DNA from: Sphingomonadales bacterium
GTDB taxonomy: Bacteria > Pseudomonadota > Alphaproteobacteria > Sphingomonadales > Sphingomonadaceae
DNA: 64,000 bases
Reading direction: 5' to 3'
Assembly: GCA_038228865.1 (NCBI GenBank)
Contig: JBBROX010000001.1
Coordinates: forward strand, 368,657-432,656
Part shown: in pieces, positions 9,658 to 19,081 of the stretch
How the letters are laid out: the number at the start of each line of letters is the position of its first letter
How positions within the stretch are numbered: position 1 is the first letter of the stretch
Position numbers and translations under genes: made by a program
Notes under the pieces: model-generated
What the model was told of the DNA's origin: nothing
The model's database searches: none
The model's input: the letters and a program-made list of their open reading frames with translations, nothing else

Positions 9658-9954
9658 GAATCCCCCAGATTCGCGGTTACAGTTCCCCCTAGAGGAGCCG
9701 TTAACAAAGCCTTTATGAGGACTCTATGTCGCCAACGTTACAAAGTCGGACCATGTGTGCGAAAAGGGAATCGACCATTGTGCCGTTTCGGGAATCGGTT
9801 AAATTTTCTCCTCGACGGCGCGGCTGCAATCGGCCTGCCTACGGGCGCAGCGTATTGAAAAACAACCATTCAGCTGTGATCTTTTCGAGCTCGCCGTCCA
9901 GCAATTCAACGACAACCGATCAGGCTTCTGGAGGGAGCGTACCGGGCGTTCGCT

Positions 9955-10500
9955 TCAGAAATATCGCTCCCCGACCCTAACCGTATCGCCTGGTCGGATC
10001 AGGAGCTTGGCGTCGAGCGGATAGGCCGCTTCGGCCGCGCTTTTTTCGCGGTGAATGAAAACAACTTTCTGGTTAGCGCGATAAGTAAAACCCCCCGCCT
10101 TGGCGACGAGCGCTAACGCGGTCAGCCCCTCGGAATAGGCAAACTCGCCTGGTCGCGCGACTTCTCCGAGCACGTACACGGACCGATAATTGATCACATC
10201 GACCGAGACCTTTGGGTTGCGCACGAACTGCGTACGCAACCGCTCTGTTATCTGGGCCTGTACCTCGGAGGTCGTTTTGGCCGCGACGACGATCGAACCC
10301 AGCAACGGGTAAGAAATCGACCCTGTCCCGTCGAGCGCAAATTCTCCACTCAGCCGGGGCTCGTCGAAAACGGTAATGCGCAAGCGATCTCCGGTACCGA
10401 GCTGGTACACAAAGGGCGCGGAAGCATCGGAAGGCGGGCTTATAACGGACGCACAGCCTGCGCTGAGCAATACCAGCATGATAGAAACGATCCGGATCAT
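9955..10500 (-). CDS. Polysaccharide export lipoprotein (Wza/ExoF-like)
   Basis: Probable start MIRIVSIMLVLLSAGC (lipobox); YQLGTGDRLRITVF Poly_export motif; SLBB-like VYVLGEVARPG; IRPGDTVRVGERYF C-terminus. Confidence 0.9.
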   Translation of the reverse strand: MIRIVSIMLVLLSAGCASVISPPSDASAPFVYQLGTGDRLRITVFDEPRLSGEFALDGTGSISYPLLGSIVVAAKTTSEVQAQITERLRTQFVRNPKVSVDVINYRSVYVLGEVARPGEFAYSEGLTALALVAKAGGFTYRANQKVVFIHREKSAAEAAYPLDAKLLIRPGDTVRVGERYF

Positions 10501-10621
10501 GTGAACCTGCTGTCGATGCGCTGTGCCGCGAGAGCCCTTAGCGTGTGATGTCAGATTAGTGCAACCAACCGCGCGCATACCAAACTGATACAACGTGCAA
10601 GCGGGGGATGGCGACGCTACG

Positions 10622-11317
10622 ATGACTCGACAGACAGCGCTTTTTGCGTCCTCGTTGCTGTCGATGTCGCCGCTGGTCGCACAGGCGCAGGTCGCACCGC
10701 CATCGCCGCCCGCCGATACGGCCGCAGTCATGCCCGACCAAGCGACTAATCGGCAGCGCGCAATTGGATGCCTGGCTACGGCGATTGCCTATGAGGCTGG
10801 GCATGAACCGATTGAAGGGCAGCAGGCTGTCGCGGAGGTCATCCTGAACCGGCTTCGGTATGCCGGATTTCCGAAATCGATTTGCGGCATCGTATTCAGC
10901 GGTTCGACTCGCCGTACCGGATGCCAGTTCAGCTTCACCTGTGATGGGTCGCTCAATCGGCGGTTGTCGACGGCGGTTACGGAACGTACGCGATCGGTTG
11001 CGACGGCCGCGCTCGACGGCCGGAATCCGGTGCGCGTACCCGGAGCGACGCATTTTCATGCTGACTATGTGTCGCCTTATTGGGCACCAAGCCTGATCCG
11101 GATTGCCAAAATCGGTGCACACATCTTCTATCGGGGTGCGGGGGCACGGGACATGGATGGCCGACCGCGGCCTTATGTTCCGTTTGGCAACTCGGAGCTA
11201 CAAGATGCCAGCAGCGCAGTTGGCATATCGGAAAGAAAAGCACTACCCGCAGGGGGACGTACACCTCCCCAGCGTCCAGGGTCTTTTGCGCCCTGGGGTT
11301 TGCCGACCCAAGAATAG
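10622..11317 (+). CDS. Cell wall hydrolase, SleB/CwlJ family (Hydrolase_2)
   Basis: CLATAIAYEAGHE, QQAVAEVILNR, GCQFSFTCDGS, ATHFHADYVSPYW, IGAHIFY. Alternative start at 10595. Confidence 0.92.
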   Translation: MTRQTALFASSLLSMSPLVAQAQVAPPSPPADTAAVMPDQATNRQRAIGCLATAIAYEAGHEPIEGQQAVAEVILNRLRYAGFPKSICGIVFSGSTRRTGCQFSFTCDGSLNRRLSTAVTERTRSVATAALDGRNPVRVPGATHFHADYVSPYWAPSLIRIAKIGAHIFYRGAGARDMDGRPRPYVPFGNSELQDASSAVGISERKALPAGGRTPPQRPGSFAPWGLPTQE

Positions 11318-11533
11318 CTGCCAGATGCGCGCTGGAGAAAAGCGTGCCGCCTGGCGCGGCGCAGGCGCGCGCGCACCCGCGCTTGAAGGCGTCAGACGCC
11401 ACGCAACTCCGCCGGTAGGGAGGGCCAGGTCGAGAACGCGTTGGTCATTTGCCGACCTGCGCAATGTCCCCAAACAACGGCCGGGAAAGTTCGCCGTTTG
11501 GCAAATATCGCTTGCAAGCACGCGGCTGCAACT

Positions 11534-11550
11534 AGTATGATTATGCAAGT
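11534..11550 (+). promoter_or_regulatory. Candidate island operator, copy 1 (AGTATGATTATGCAAGT)
   Basis: 27 bp upstream of the ATG at 11578; overlaps a plausible sigma70 -10 (TATGAT, 11536-41) with TTGCAA at 11512-17. Confidence 0.65.
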
Positions 11551-11577
11551 TTACGGCCATAATAACTTTAGGTGCTC

Positions 11578-12579
11578 ATGCCGCTACCCACCGTCCTGAC
11601 AAGAAATCTCGAACTTCCCGCAATCGCGGCACCGATGTTTTTGATTTCAGGACCGGAAATGGTCGTTGCCGCCTGTAGATCGGGCGTGATCGGCTCGTTT
11701 CCGACGCCGAATGCGCGGACGCCGGAGATTCTCGATCAGTGGATGGAGCAGATTTCCGGTTCCTTGGCTGTCGATGGCAACGCCGCCTCTTGGGCTGCCA
11801 ATCTGGTGGTGCATCCTTCGAACAGCCGCCTTCCTTCCGATCTCGAATGCGTTTTGAAACATAAGCCGCCGCTGATCATCACCGCGCTCGGCAGCCCGGC
11901 GCGCGTGATCGATGCGATCCACAGTTATGGCGGGTTGGTGTTCGCAGACGTCAATTCCGTCAGCTTCGCCCGAAAGGCGGCGGCAGCAGGTGTGGATGGG
12001 CTTGTTCTTGTTGCCGCAGGGGCGGGGGGGCATACGGGGCACACGGTCGGCTTTGCCTTTGTCGAGGAGGTGCGCGCTTTCTGGGACGGCCCGATTGTGC
12101 TGGGCGGTGCAATCTCGACCGGTCAGGCAATCCGAGCCGCCGAGGTGCTGGGAGCCGACCTCGCCTATCTGGGCACGTCGCTCATAGCATGTTCGGAAAG
12201 CATGGCCGATCCGGCCTACAAGCAAATGGTGGTGGATGCCGACGCTGAATCGATCGTTCCGTCGAAGGGCATTACCGGCGTCACCGCCAATTGGCTCAGG
12301 CCCAGCCTGATCGCGGCAGGATACGATCCCGCCAATATGCCCGAGGACAAGAAGCCCAATTTCGAAAACGCCCAGGACGATGCCAAGGCGTGGAAGAACG
12401 TCTGGTCGGCGGGTCAGGGCGTCGGCGCGGTAAGAAGCTGTGCACCGCTGGCCGATGTCATCGCTCGTCTGAAAGAAGAATATGATGCTGCAGCCGGCTT
12501 GCCGGCATTCGGCGCGAAGGAGAGAAGCAATGACCGTCGAATTGGTCGAGACCATAAAGTCCACGATCCAGTCCACTGA
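11578..12579 (+). CDS. Nitronate monooxygenase / 2-nitropropane dioxygenase family flavoenzyme
   Basis: AAPMFLIS, GAGGHTG, LGGAISTG, AYLGTSLIA, WSAGQGVG motifs; first gene of the island operon. Confidence 0.88.
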   Translation: MPLPTVLTRNLELPAIAAPMFLISGPEMVVAACRSGVIGSFPTPNARTPEILDQWMEQISGSLAVDGNAASWAANLVVHPSNSRLPSDLECVLKHKPPLIITALGSPARVIDAIHSYGGLVFADVNSVSFARKAAAAGVDGLVLVAAGAGGHTGHTVGFAFVEEVRAFWDGPIVLGGAISTGQAIRAAEVLGADLAYLGTSLIACSESMADPAYKQMVVDADAESIVPSKGITGVTANWLRPSLIAAGYDPANMPEDKKPNFENAQDDAKAWKNVWSAGQGVGAVRSCAPLADVIARLKEEYDAAAGLPAFGAKERSNDRRIGRDHKVHDPVH

Positions 12580-14026
12580 GAACCCTTATCTGAAGGGGGC
12601 TTGGCGCCCGACGCACAATGAGTGGAACGCCGCGTTCGCGAACGGCGATGTCGAGGTTATCGGCACCATCCCCGATGACATCGACGGGGTCTATGTGCGC
12701 ACCGGCGAGAACCAGATCAACGAGCCGATCGGCCGCTATCACCCGTTCGACGGCGACGGGCTGATCCATTCAATTTCATTCAAGAACGGCCGCGCGAGCT
12801 ATCGCAGCCGGTTCGTCCGTACCAAGGGATTCCAGGCCGAACAGGAAGCCGGACGTTCGCTATGGGCCGGGCTGATGGAGCCGCCGCACAAATCGATCCG
12901 TCCCGGCTGGGGCGCGCAGGAATGGCTGAAGGATTCGTCCTCCACCGACGTCGTCGTGCACGCTGGCAAGATCCTTTCGACATTCTACCAGTGCGGTGAG
13001 GGCTACCGGCTCGATCCGTTCACGATGGAACAGTACGGCACAGAGGGCTGGGTGCCGCTCGATGGCATTTCGGCGCATTGCAAGACAGACGAGGCGACCG
13101 GGGAGTTGCTGTTCTTCAACTACTCGAAGCATGCACCGTACATGCATTATGGCGTGGTCGGGTCGGACAACCGGCTGAAGCATTATGTCCCGATTCCGTT
13201 GCCGGGGCCGCGCCTGCCGCATGACATGGCGTTCACCCCGAACTATTCGATCCTGAACGACATGCCACTCTATTGGGCGCCGGAGCTTTTGGAAAAAGGG
13301 CTGCACGCAGTCCAGTTCTATCCCGACCAGAAGACGCGCTTTGCGGTCATTCCCCGTTTCGGCCAGCCGGAGGATATTCGCTGGTTCGAGGCCGAACCGA
13401 CCTACACGCTCCACTGGCTGAATGCCTGGGAGGAAGGCGACGAGATCGTGCTCGACGGCTATTTCCAGGAAGAGCCGATGCCCAAATCCTATCCGAACGC
13501 GCCCAAGGGGCTCGAGCGGATGATGGCCTATCTCGACCAGCAACTGCTCAAGCCCAAGCTGCACCGCTGGCGGTTCAATCTGAAAACGGGTGGGACGGTC
13601 GAGGAGCGGCTCGACGATCGAATCCTGGAATTCGGGACGATCAACCAGAAATTTGCGGGTCAAAAATACCGATATGCTTACAGCGCAATTCCGGAGCCGG
13701 GCTGGTTCCTGTTTCGCGGCCTGGTCAAGCACGACCTCGAGACCGGCACGAGCCAGTCGATCGAATTCGGCGAAGGCCGGTTCGGCAGCGAAGCGCCGTT
13801 CGCGCCGCGCATCGGTGCGGTCGACGAGGACGACGGCTACATCGTTTCGTTCGTCGCCGACGTGAACACCGACAAATCCGAATGCGTGCTGATCGACGCC
13901 AAGAACTTCGGAGCGGGGCCGGTATGCCGGATCGTTTTGCCCGAACGGATTTGCGCGGGAACCCATTCCACCTGGGCAAGCGGCAATGACATCGGGATGC
14001 CCGAAAATATCGTGCTGGCGGCCTAA
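12530..14026 (+). CDS. Carotenoid oxygenase (RPE65/CCO/LSD) family dioxygenase, paralog 1
   Basis: AAGGAG RBS before ATG 12530; HPFDGDG; four iron-ligand His motifs: SAHCKTD, LPHDMAFT, TLHWLNAW, GTHSTW; FGSEAPF, EDDGY. Confidence 0.93.
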   Translation: MTVELVETIKSTIQSTENPYLKGAWRPTHNEWNAAFANGDVEVIGTIPDDIDGVYVRTGENQINEPIGRYHPFDGDGLIHSISFKNGRASYRSRFVRTKGFQAEQEAGRSLWAGLMEPPHKSIRPGWGAQEWLKDSSSTDVVVHAGKILSTFYQCGEGYRLDPFTMEQYGTEGWVPLDGISAHCKTDEATGELLFFNYSKHAPYMHYGVVGSDNRLKHYVPIPLPGPRLPHDMAFTPNYSILNDMPLYWAPELLEKGLHAVQFYPDQKTRFAVIPRFGQPEDIRWFEAEPTYTLHWLNAWEEGDEIVLDGYFQEEPMPKSYPNAPKGLERMMAYLDQQLLKPKLHRWRFNLKTGGTVEERLDDRILEFGTINQKFAGQKYRYAYSAIPEPGWFLFRGLVKHDLETGTSQSIEFGEGRFGSEAPFAPRIGAVDEDDGYIVSFVADVNTDKSECVLIDAKNFGAGPVCRIVLPERICAGTHSTWASGNDIGMPENIVLAA

Positions 14027-14027
14027 G

Positions 14028-15722
14028 GTGATTGCAGCGGGGGAGGAGAGGCGTGCGCAATGTCGGGCAAGCGGGTGGTGGGGTGACACGACGCTGGGCG
14101 ACATGTTCGTGGCGAATGCGAGAGCGTTTCCAGATCGCCCGGCGCTGATTGATGCGCCCAACCGGGGCGACATCGCGTTCGGTGATCCGCGGCGGTTCTC
14201 CTATGCCGAAATGCTTGCCGAGGTGGAGCGACTAGCGGGTGCGTTGCTGGCGGGCGGGGTCGCCAAGGACGACGTCGTCATGGTGCAGCTGCCCAACATC
14301 AGCGAACTGGTGAACCTCTATATGGCGGCGGCGCTGATCGGCGCTGTCATCAGTCCGGTCGCGGTGCAGTATCGGTCGCACGAGCTGTCGGGCATGATCG
14401 GTCTCGTCAAACCCAGGGCCTTTGTCTGCGCAACCCGGATGAAGGGCTGCGACCATGTTGGCACAGTGCGGCCGTTGCTCGGCAATGCCGTCCGGCTGAT
14501 GACCGTCGGGCCGGATGCGCCGGTCGACGCAGTCGATCTGTCCACAGCGGCCGCGCAAGATGACATGTTTGCGGCGCATCAGGCCGCGCATCCGGTCGAT
14601 GCCGACGACCTCTTTACGATCTGCTGGACCTCGGGGACGACCGGCGTGCCCAAGGGCGTGCCGCGCAGCCACAACCACTGGGTCGCCATTTCGCCTGGTA
14701 CCTATGAATCGGCACGGCTGCGCGACGGCGATATCATGCTGAACCCGTTCCCGCTGATCAACATGGCCAGTATCGGTGGCGTGACGATGAGCTGGCTCAA
14801 GCGGGCGGGCACGATGGTGCTGCACCACCCGTTCGACCCCAAGGTCTTTCTGGCGCAGATTGCAACTGAGCGTCCGCACTTTACCATCGCGCCGCCTGCC
14901 GTGCTCAACATGCTGCTGCAGGATGAAGCGCTGCTCGCCGAGATCGATCTGTCGAGCCTGCGGACGATCGGTTCGGGTTCGGCACCGCTGGCACCGGCAA
15001 TGGTCAAGGGGTTTCAGGACCGGTTCGGCATCATGGTCATCAACCTGTTCGGATCGAACGAGGGCATGGCGCTGGTCACCGGGCCCGATGATGTTCCCGA
15101 TCCGGAGGAACGCGCCCGCTATTTCCCGCGCGCGCCGCTGTTCTCGCCGCCTTACGGATCGGGCCGGGCCACAAACATCGAAACCCGACTGGTCCCGCCG
15201 AAAGGGGGCAGCGCAATTACCGAAAACGGTGTTTCGGGCGAACTGCAGATCAAGGGGCCGACCCTGTTCGAAGGATATTACGGCGCGCCGGAACAGACGG
15301 CCGCTGCCTTCACCGAGGACGGTTTTTTTAAGACAGGCGATTTGTTCGAAATTGCAGGAAACGGACGATTTTACGAGTTCGTCGGACGCTGCAAGGATCT
15401 CATCATCCGTGGCGGCGTCAACATCGCGCCGGAAGAACTCGACCAGCTGCTGGGCGGCCATCCCAAGCTTCAAGAGGCCTGCGCGTTTTCGCTGCCCGAT
15501 CCCGTCATGGGTGAGCGGGTCGGGGTGGCGGCGGTGCCGCGCGCCGGCGAAACCATCGCGCTCGAAGACGTGACCTCCTGGCTGAAGGCGCGGGATCTGG
15601 CGGTGTTCAAGCTGCCCGAGCGGCTTTTCGTTTTCGACGAATTGCCGCGAAACGTGACGAATAAGGTGATGCGGGGCGACGTGCGCGACCGCGCGCTGGC
15701 CATGCTGAAAATGGACGATTGA
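14028..15722 (+). CDS. Class I adenylate-forming enzyme (acyl/aryl-CoA ligase)
   Basis: WTSGTTGVPKGV, FGSNEG, FFKTGD, GRCKDLIIRGGVNI motifs. GTG start at 14028 inferred. Confidence 0.9.
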   Translation: MIAAGEERRAQCRASGWWGDTTLGDMFVANARAFPDRPALIDAPNRGDIAFGDPRRFSYAEMLAEVERLAGALLAGGVAKDDVVMVQLPNISELVNLYMAAALIGAVISPVAVQYRSHELSGMIGLVKPRAFVCATRMKGCDHVGTVRPLLGNAVRLMTVGPDAPVDAVDLSTAAAQDDMFAAHQAAHPVDADDLFTICWTSGTTGVPKGVPRSHNHWVAISPGTYESARLRDGDIMLNPFPLINMASIGGVTMSWLKRAGTMVLHHPFDPKVFLAQIATERPHFTIAPPAVLNMLLQDEALLAEIDLSSLRTIGSGSAPLAPAMVKGFQDRFGIMVINLFGSNEGMALVTGPDDVPDPEERARYFPRAPLFSPPYGSGRATNIETRLVPPKGGSAITENGVSGELQIKGPTLFEGYYGAPEQTAAAFTEDGFFKTGDLFEIAGNGRFYEFVGRCKDLIIRGGVNIAPEELDQLLGGHPKLQEACAFSLPDPVMGERVGVAAVPRAGETIALEDVTSWLKARDLAVFKLPERLFVFDELPRNVTNKVMRGDVRDRALAMLKMDD

Positions 15723-15726
15723 ACCC

Positions 15727-16887
15727 TTGAAAAACACCTATCTACACGATGCCGTCCGCACGCCGCGCGGCAAGGCTAAGCCCGATGGCGGCCTGGCGGG
15801 TTTCTCGCCGCAAGAACTGGTCCGGCAACAGGTCGATGCGCTGCGGCTGCGTGTCGGGGAGAGCGCCTCCAGCCCCGACATTCTGCTGCTGGGCTGCGTC
15901 GGGCAAGTGGGAACGCAGGGCGGCCATATCGCGCTTGTCTCCAAGTTGCATGCCGGCCTGCCCGATGCGACAGCAGCCCACTCGATTAACAACTATTGTG
16001 CCTCGGGCCTGTCGGCGATCGGTCAAGCGGCGGCGCTGGTCGAAATCGGACAGGCCGGGTCCGCTTTGGCGGGCGGCGTCGAGATGATGAGCCAGGTTCC
16101 CTTCATGGGCGACCGCGCGAGCTTTTATGAGGACGCGAGCTTCCCGCACCGTGCACGCTATATCCCGGTCGTGCTGGCGGCCGACCGCTTGGCCAATGCC
16201 GAAGGGATCGGTCGCGCCGAACTGGACATCGTTGCACTCGCGTCGCAGCGAAAGGCCGGTGCGGCTGAAGGCGACCGAGTCCTGCAACGCTCGCGGATCG
16301 CCACCGCAACGCTTTCCGGCGAAGAATGCATCCGCCCGGCGACCACTGCGGAGGGGCTGGCGGCGATGTCGCCATCCTTCGGCGGCTTGCAGGCTCAATA
16401 TGCCGATGCTCTGAACGGCGCGACATTCGAGCCGTTGCACTCGGTGTCGCACGCGCCACCGGTTTGCGACGGTGCCGGTCTGGCGCTGGTCGGTGGCAAG
16501 GATCTGACACCGAAGCCACGCGCCCGCATCCTTGCCTTTGCCGAGAGCGGCGGCGATCCGGAAGCCTCGCTGACGGCGGGCATCGCTGCGATGGAAAAGG
16601 TACTGGCGCGTGCTGGCCTGTCACTGGCCGATATGGACCGGATTGAGTTCATGGAAGCGTTCGCGGTGACCATCGCCAAGTTTCTGCGCGAATATCCGGT
16701 CGATCCGGAGCGGGTAAACGTGGGCGGTGGGCACATCGCCAAGGGACATCCGATGGGAGCGAGCGGCGCGATTCTGACATCGACTCTGCTCGACTGCCTC
16801 GATGCCTGTGATGGCAGCCTAGGCCTTGTCGTGTTGAGCGGCGCGTCGGGCGTCGGCGCTGCAATGATTGTCGAACGGCTGAACTGA
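15727..16887 (+). CDS. Thiolase-family protein lacking the C-terminal catalytic Cys
   Basis: NNYCASGL (first Cys), MEAFA and GHPMGASG present; the usual LCxGGG motif reads LSGASG. Confidence 0.85.
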   Translation: MKNTYLHDAVRTPRGKAKPDGGLAGFSPQELVRQQVDALRLRVGESASSPDILLLGCVGQVGTQGGHIALVSKLHAGLPDATAAHSINNYCASGLSAIGQAAALVEIGQAGSALAGGVEMMSQVPFMGDRASFYEDASFPHRARYIPVVLAADRLANAEGIGRAELDIVALASQRKAGAAEGDRVLQRSRIATATLSGEECIRPATTAEGLAAMSPSFGGLQAQYADALNGATFEPLHSVSHAPPVCDGAGLALVGGKDLTPKPRARILAFAESGGDPEASLTAGIAAMEKVLARAGLSLADMDRIEFMEAFAVTIAKFLREYPVDPERVNVGGGHIAKGHPMGASGAILTSTLLDCLDACDGSLGLVVLSGASGVGAAMIVERLN

Positions 16888-18606
16888 ATGACGACCGCGC
16901 TGAACGACCTGATCGCCAAACACGCGGGAACGCTGGCGGCGGCGATCGATGCAGTGGAGACCCGCAAGAACTGGAGCCCGTTCAGGGATTCGCCCAGCGG
17001 GAAATTCCATGCGCCCGGCGCATCGGAGGCGGGCAAGGCAGCGTTCGACGCGCAGCTGGGCCGACCTTTCGATCTCGACCAGCCCGGCATTGTCGCCCGC
17101 ACCGGTGCCGAGGTGTCGCCCTTTACCCGCCAACCGCTTGGAATCGATTATCCGGTCAGCGATCCCGCCATGCTCATCGCCGCAGCCAGCGCGGCGATGG
17201 CCGGTTGGCGCAAGGTCGCGCCCGAGGCGCGCATCGCCCTATGCCTCGAAATGGCCACGCAACTCTACGCGCGCAATTTCGAGATGGCGCACAGCGTGAT
17301 GCACGTCGCCGGTCAAAGCTATACGCAAGCCTTCAGCGGCAGCGGTCCCAACGCGCTCGATCGCGGGATCGAAGCGCTGGCCTATGCGGCGAAAGCCATG
17401 CGCGATGTCGTGCCCAGCGCGCGGTGGAACCGCACGTTCGGCAAAGAGGACGTGTCGCTCGACAAGCATTATACCCTGGTCCCGCGCGGGATCGGCCTGG
17501 TCATTTGCTGTGCGTCATTCCCCACTTGGAATGCCTATCCGGCGATGTTTGCAAATCTGGCGACCGGCAATCCGGTGATCGTCAAACCGCATCCAATCGC
17601 CGTCTTGCCGATGGCGATCGTGGTGCAGCAATGCCGCAGGGCTCTTGCCGCATTCGGCTGTGATCCGAACCTCGTAACACTGGCGGTCGACACACTCGAC
17701 GCGCCGGTCGCGCAGCATTTCATCGACCACCCCGCGGTGCAGATCATCGATTTCACCGGAAGCCCGCGTTACGGCGGCCATCTTGAGCGGACGATTACCG
17801 GCAAATTGTTGTTCACCGAAACCGCCGGGCTCAATTCGGTCGTGCTGGACTCCTGTGACGATCTGGCGGCGACCGCCACCGCGATTGCGCGCGCAACGAG
17901 CCTGTTTTCGGCGCAAATGTGCACCAGTCCGCAGAACGTCTATGTGCCGGCAAAGGGAATCGAGACCGGCAGCGGGCATGCCTCTTTCGACGAGGTGGCG
18001 ACGGCACTGGTGGATGCGATCGACGCGATTGCCGACAATCCAGTAATGGCGGCAGGTATCATGGGGGCAGTACAAGCCGAACAGAGTTGCGAGATCGTGC
18101 GCGGGCTCGCCGTTCGCGCTGCGCAAACGCCCGGAGCACGCATCCTGCGCCAACCGACGCCTTATCTGCATCCCGATTTTCCCGATGCGCGAACGATGAC
18201 GCCGCTTGTGGTGGCGCTGCCTGCCGACAATGCGGCGCTCTACGCTGAGGAACACTTCGGCCCGGTCCTGTTTGTCATCGCCGCTGCCGATGGCGATGAT
18301 GCGGTGAGCGAAGCTACCGCTCTGGCGCATACGCACGGTGCGATCTCGTCCTATCTCTATTCCACGGACGACGCGTTCATCGACCGATCGCTCGACGCCT
18401 ATGCGGAATCGGGCATGAACCTATCGATCAACCTACACGGGGCAATGTGGGCCAATTTTGCCGCTGCCTATAGCGATTATCACGTCACTGGCCTGAACCC
18501 GGCGGGTAATGCGTGCCTCGCCGACCTGGCCTTCGTCACGAACCGTTTCCGTATCGTCCAGCACCGTCGTCCTGCGGTGGGGGAAGGGGAGAGCCATGCC
18601 GCATAG
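16888..18606 (+). CDS. PaaN-type aldehyde dehydrogenase family protein
   Basis: CCASFPTWNAYP, LATGNPVIVKPHP, FTGS, ETAGLNSVV, SLFSAQMCTSPQN, EEHFGP, AAYSDYHVTGLNPAGNA, as I recall the PaaN clade. Confidence 0.85.
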   Translation: MTTALNDLIAKHAGTLAAAIDAVETRKNWSPFRDSPSGKFHAPGASEAGKAAFDAQLGRPFDLDQPGIVARTGAEVSPFTRQPLGIDYPVSDPAMLIAAASAAMAGWRKVAPEARIALCLEMATQLYARNFEMAHSVMHVAGQSYTQAFSGSGPNALDRGIEALAYAAKAMRDVVPSARWNRTFGKEDVSLDKHYTLVPRGIGLVICCASFPTWNAYPAMFANLATGNPVIVKPHPIAVLPMAIVVQQCRRALAAFGCDPNLVTLAVDTLDAPVAQHFIDHPAVQIIDFTGSPRYGGHLERTITGKLLFTETAGLNSVVLDSCDDLAATATAIARATSLFSAQMCTSPQNVYVPAKGIETGSGHASFDEVATALVDAIDAIADNPVMAAGIMGAVQAEQSCEIVRGLAVRAAQTPGARILRQPTPYLHPDFPDARTMTPLVVALPADNAALYAEEHFGPVLFVIAAADGDDAVSEATALAHTHGAISSYLYSTDDAFIDRSLDAYAESGMNLSINLHGAMWANFAAAYSDYHVTGLNPAGNACLADLAFVTNRFRIVQHRRPAVGEGESHAA

Positions 18607-19033
18607 TGTCGATGACTTTGTCGGTGCCTGGTCGCTCGTCGACTGGCGGATCGAATACAGCGACGGCGGCGTCACACGACCCTTCGGCACAGCGGCGCAT
18701 GGCTACATCGTCTATGCTGCCAACGGGATCATGGTCGCCAACATCGCCAAGGGCGAGCGCGACACCTTTGGTTTGCCCAATGCCCGCAATGCCGATGCGG
18801 GACAGAAGGGCGCGGCGTTCGACAGCTATTTTGCCTATGCCGGTCCCTGGCGGATAGAGGGCGAAGAGGTCGTTCACGCCGTTACCATGTCGTTGTTTCC
18901 CGACATGACCGGCACCGAGCAGCACCGCCTTGCCGAGTTCGACGGCAAGGGCGGGCTGACGCTTTCGGCGCATGAGCCGCTGAAGGACGGGGCCAGTCGC
19001 CATCACATATTGCAATGGCAACGATCCCGATAA
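18596..19033 (+). CDS. Lipocalin-like domain protein
   Basis: ATG at 18596; FVGAWSLVDW (GxW) motif, PFG..GYIVY..NG.M and YFAYAGPW, typical of Lipocalin_5. Confidence 0.75.
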   Translation: MPHSVDDFVGAWSLVDWRIEYSDGGVTRPFGTAAHGYIVYAANGIMVANIAKGERDTFGLPNARNADAGQKGAAFDSYFAYAGPWRIEGEEVVHAVTMSLFPDMTGTEQHRLAEFDGKGGLTLSAHEPLKDGASRHHILQWQRSR

Positions 19034-19081
19034 GCAATGCCGGACGGGCAGAATTAGGCAAAAACAGAATAGGAGGGTGAT

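Noticed and set aside
11499-11517. Sigma-54 promoter (TGGCA...TTGCA) upstream of the island
   Set aside because: GG-to-GC spacing is 12 nt instead of the required 10.
12530-12579. 50-bp overlap between the NMO-family gene and oxygenase 1 as a possible frameshift
   Set aside because: Both proteins appear full length and the oxygenase has its own strong RBS; a simple C-terminal extension explains the overlap.
16888-18606. Calling the island a phenylacetate (paa) or ferulate (fer/lig) pathway
   Set aside because: The ring epoxidase paaABCDE, paaG/paaK, ferB/ech and lig ring-cleavage genes are absent from the window.
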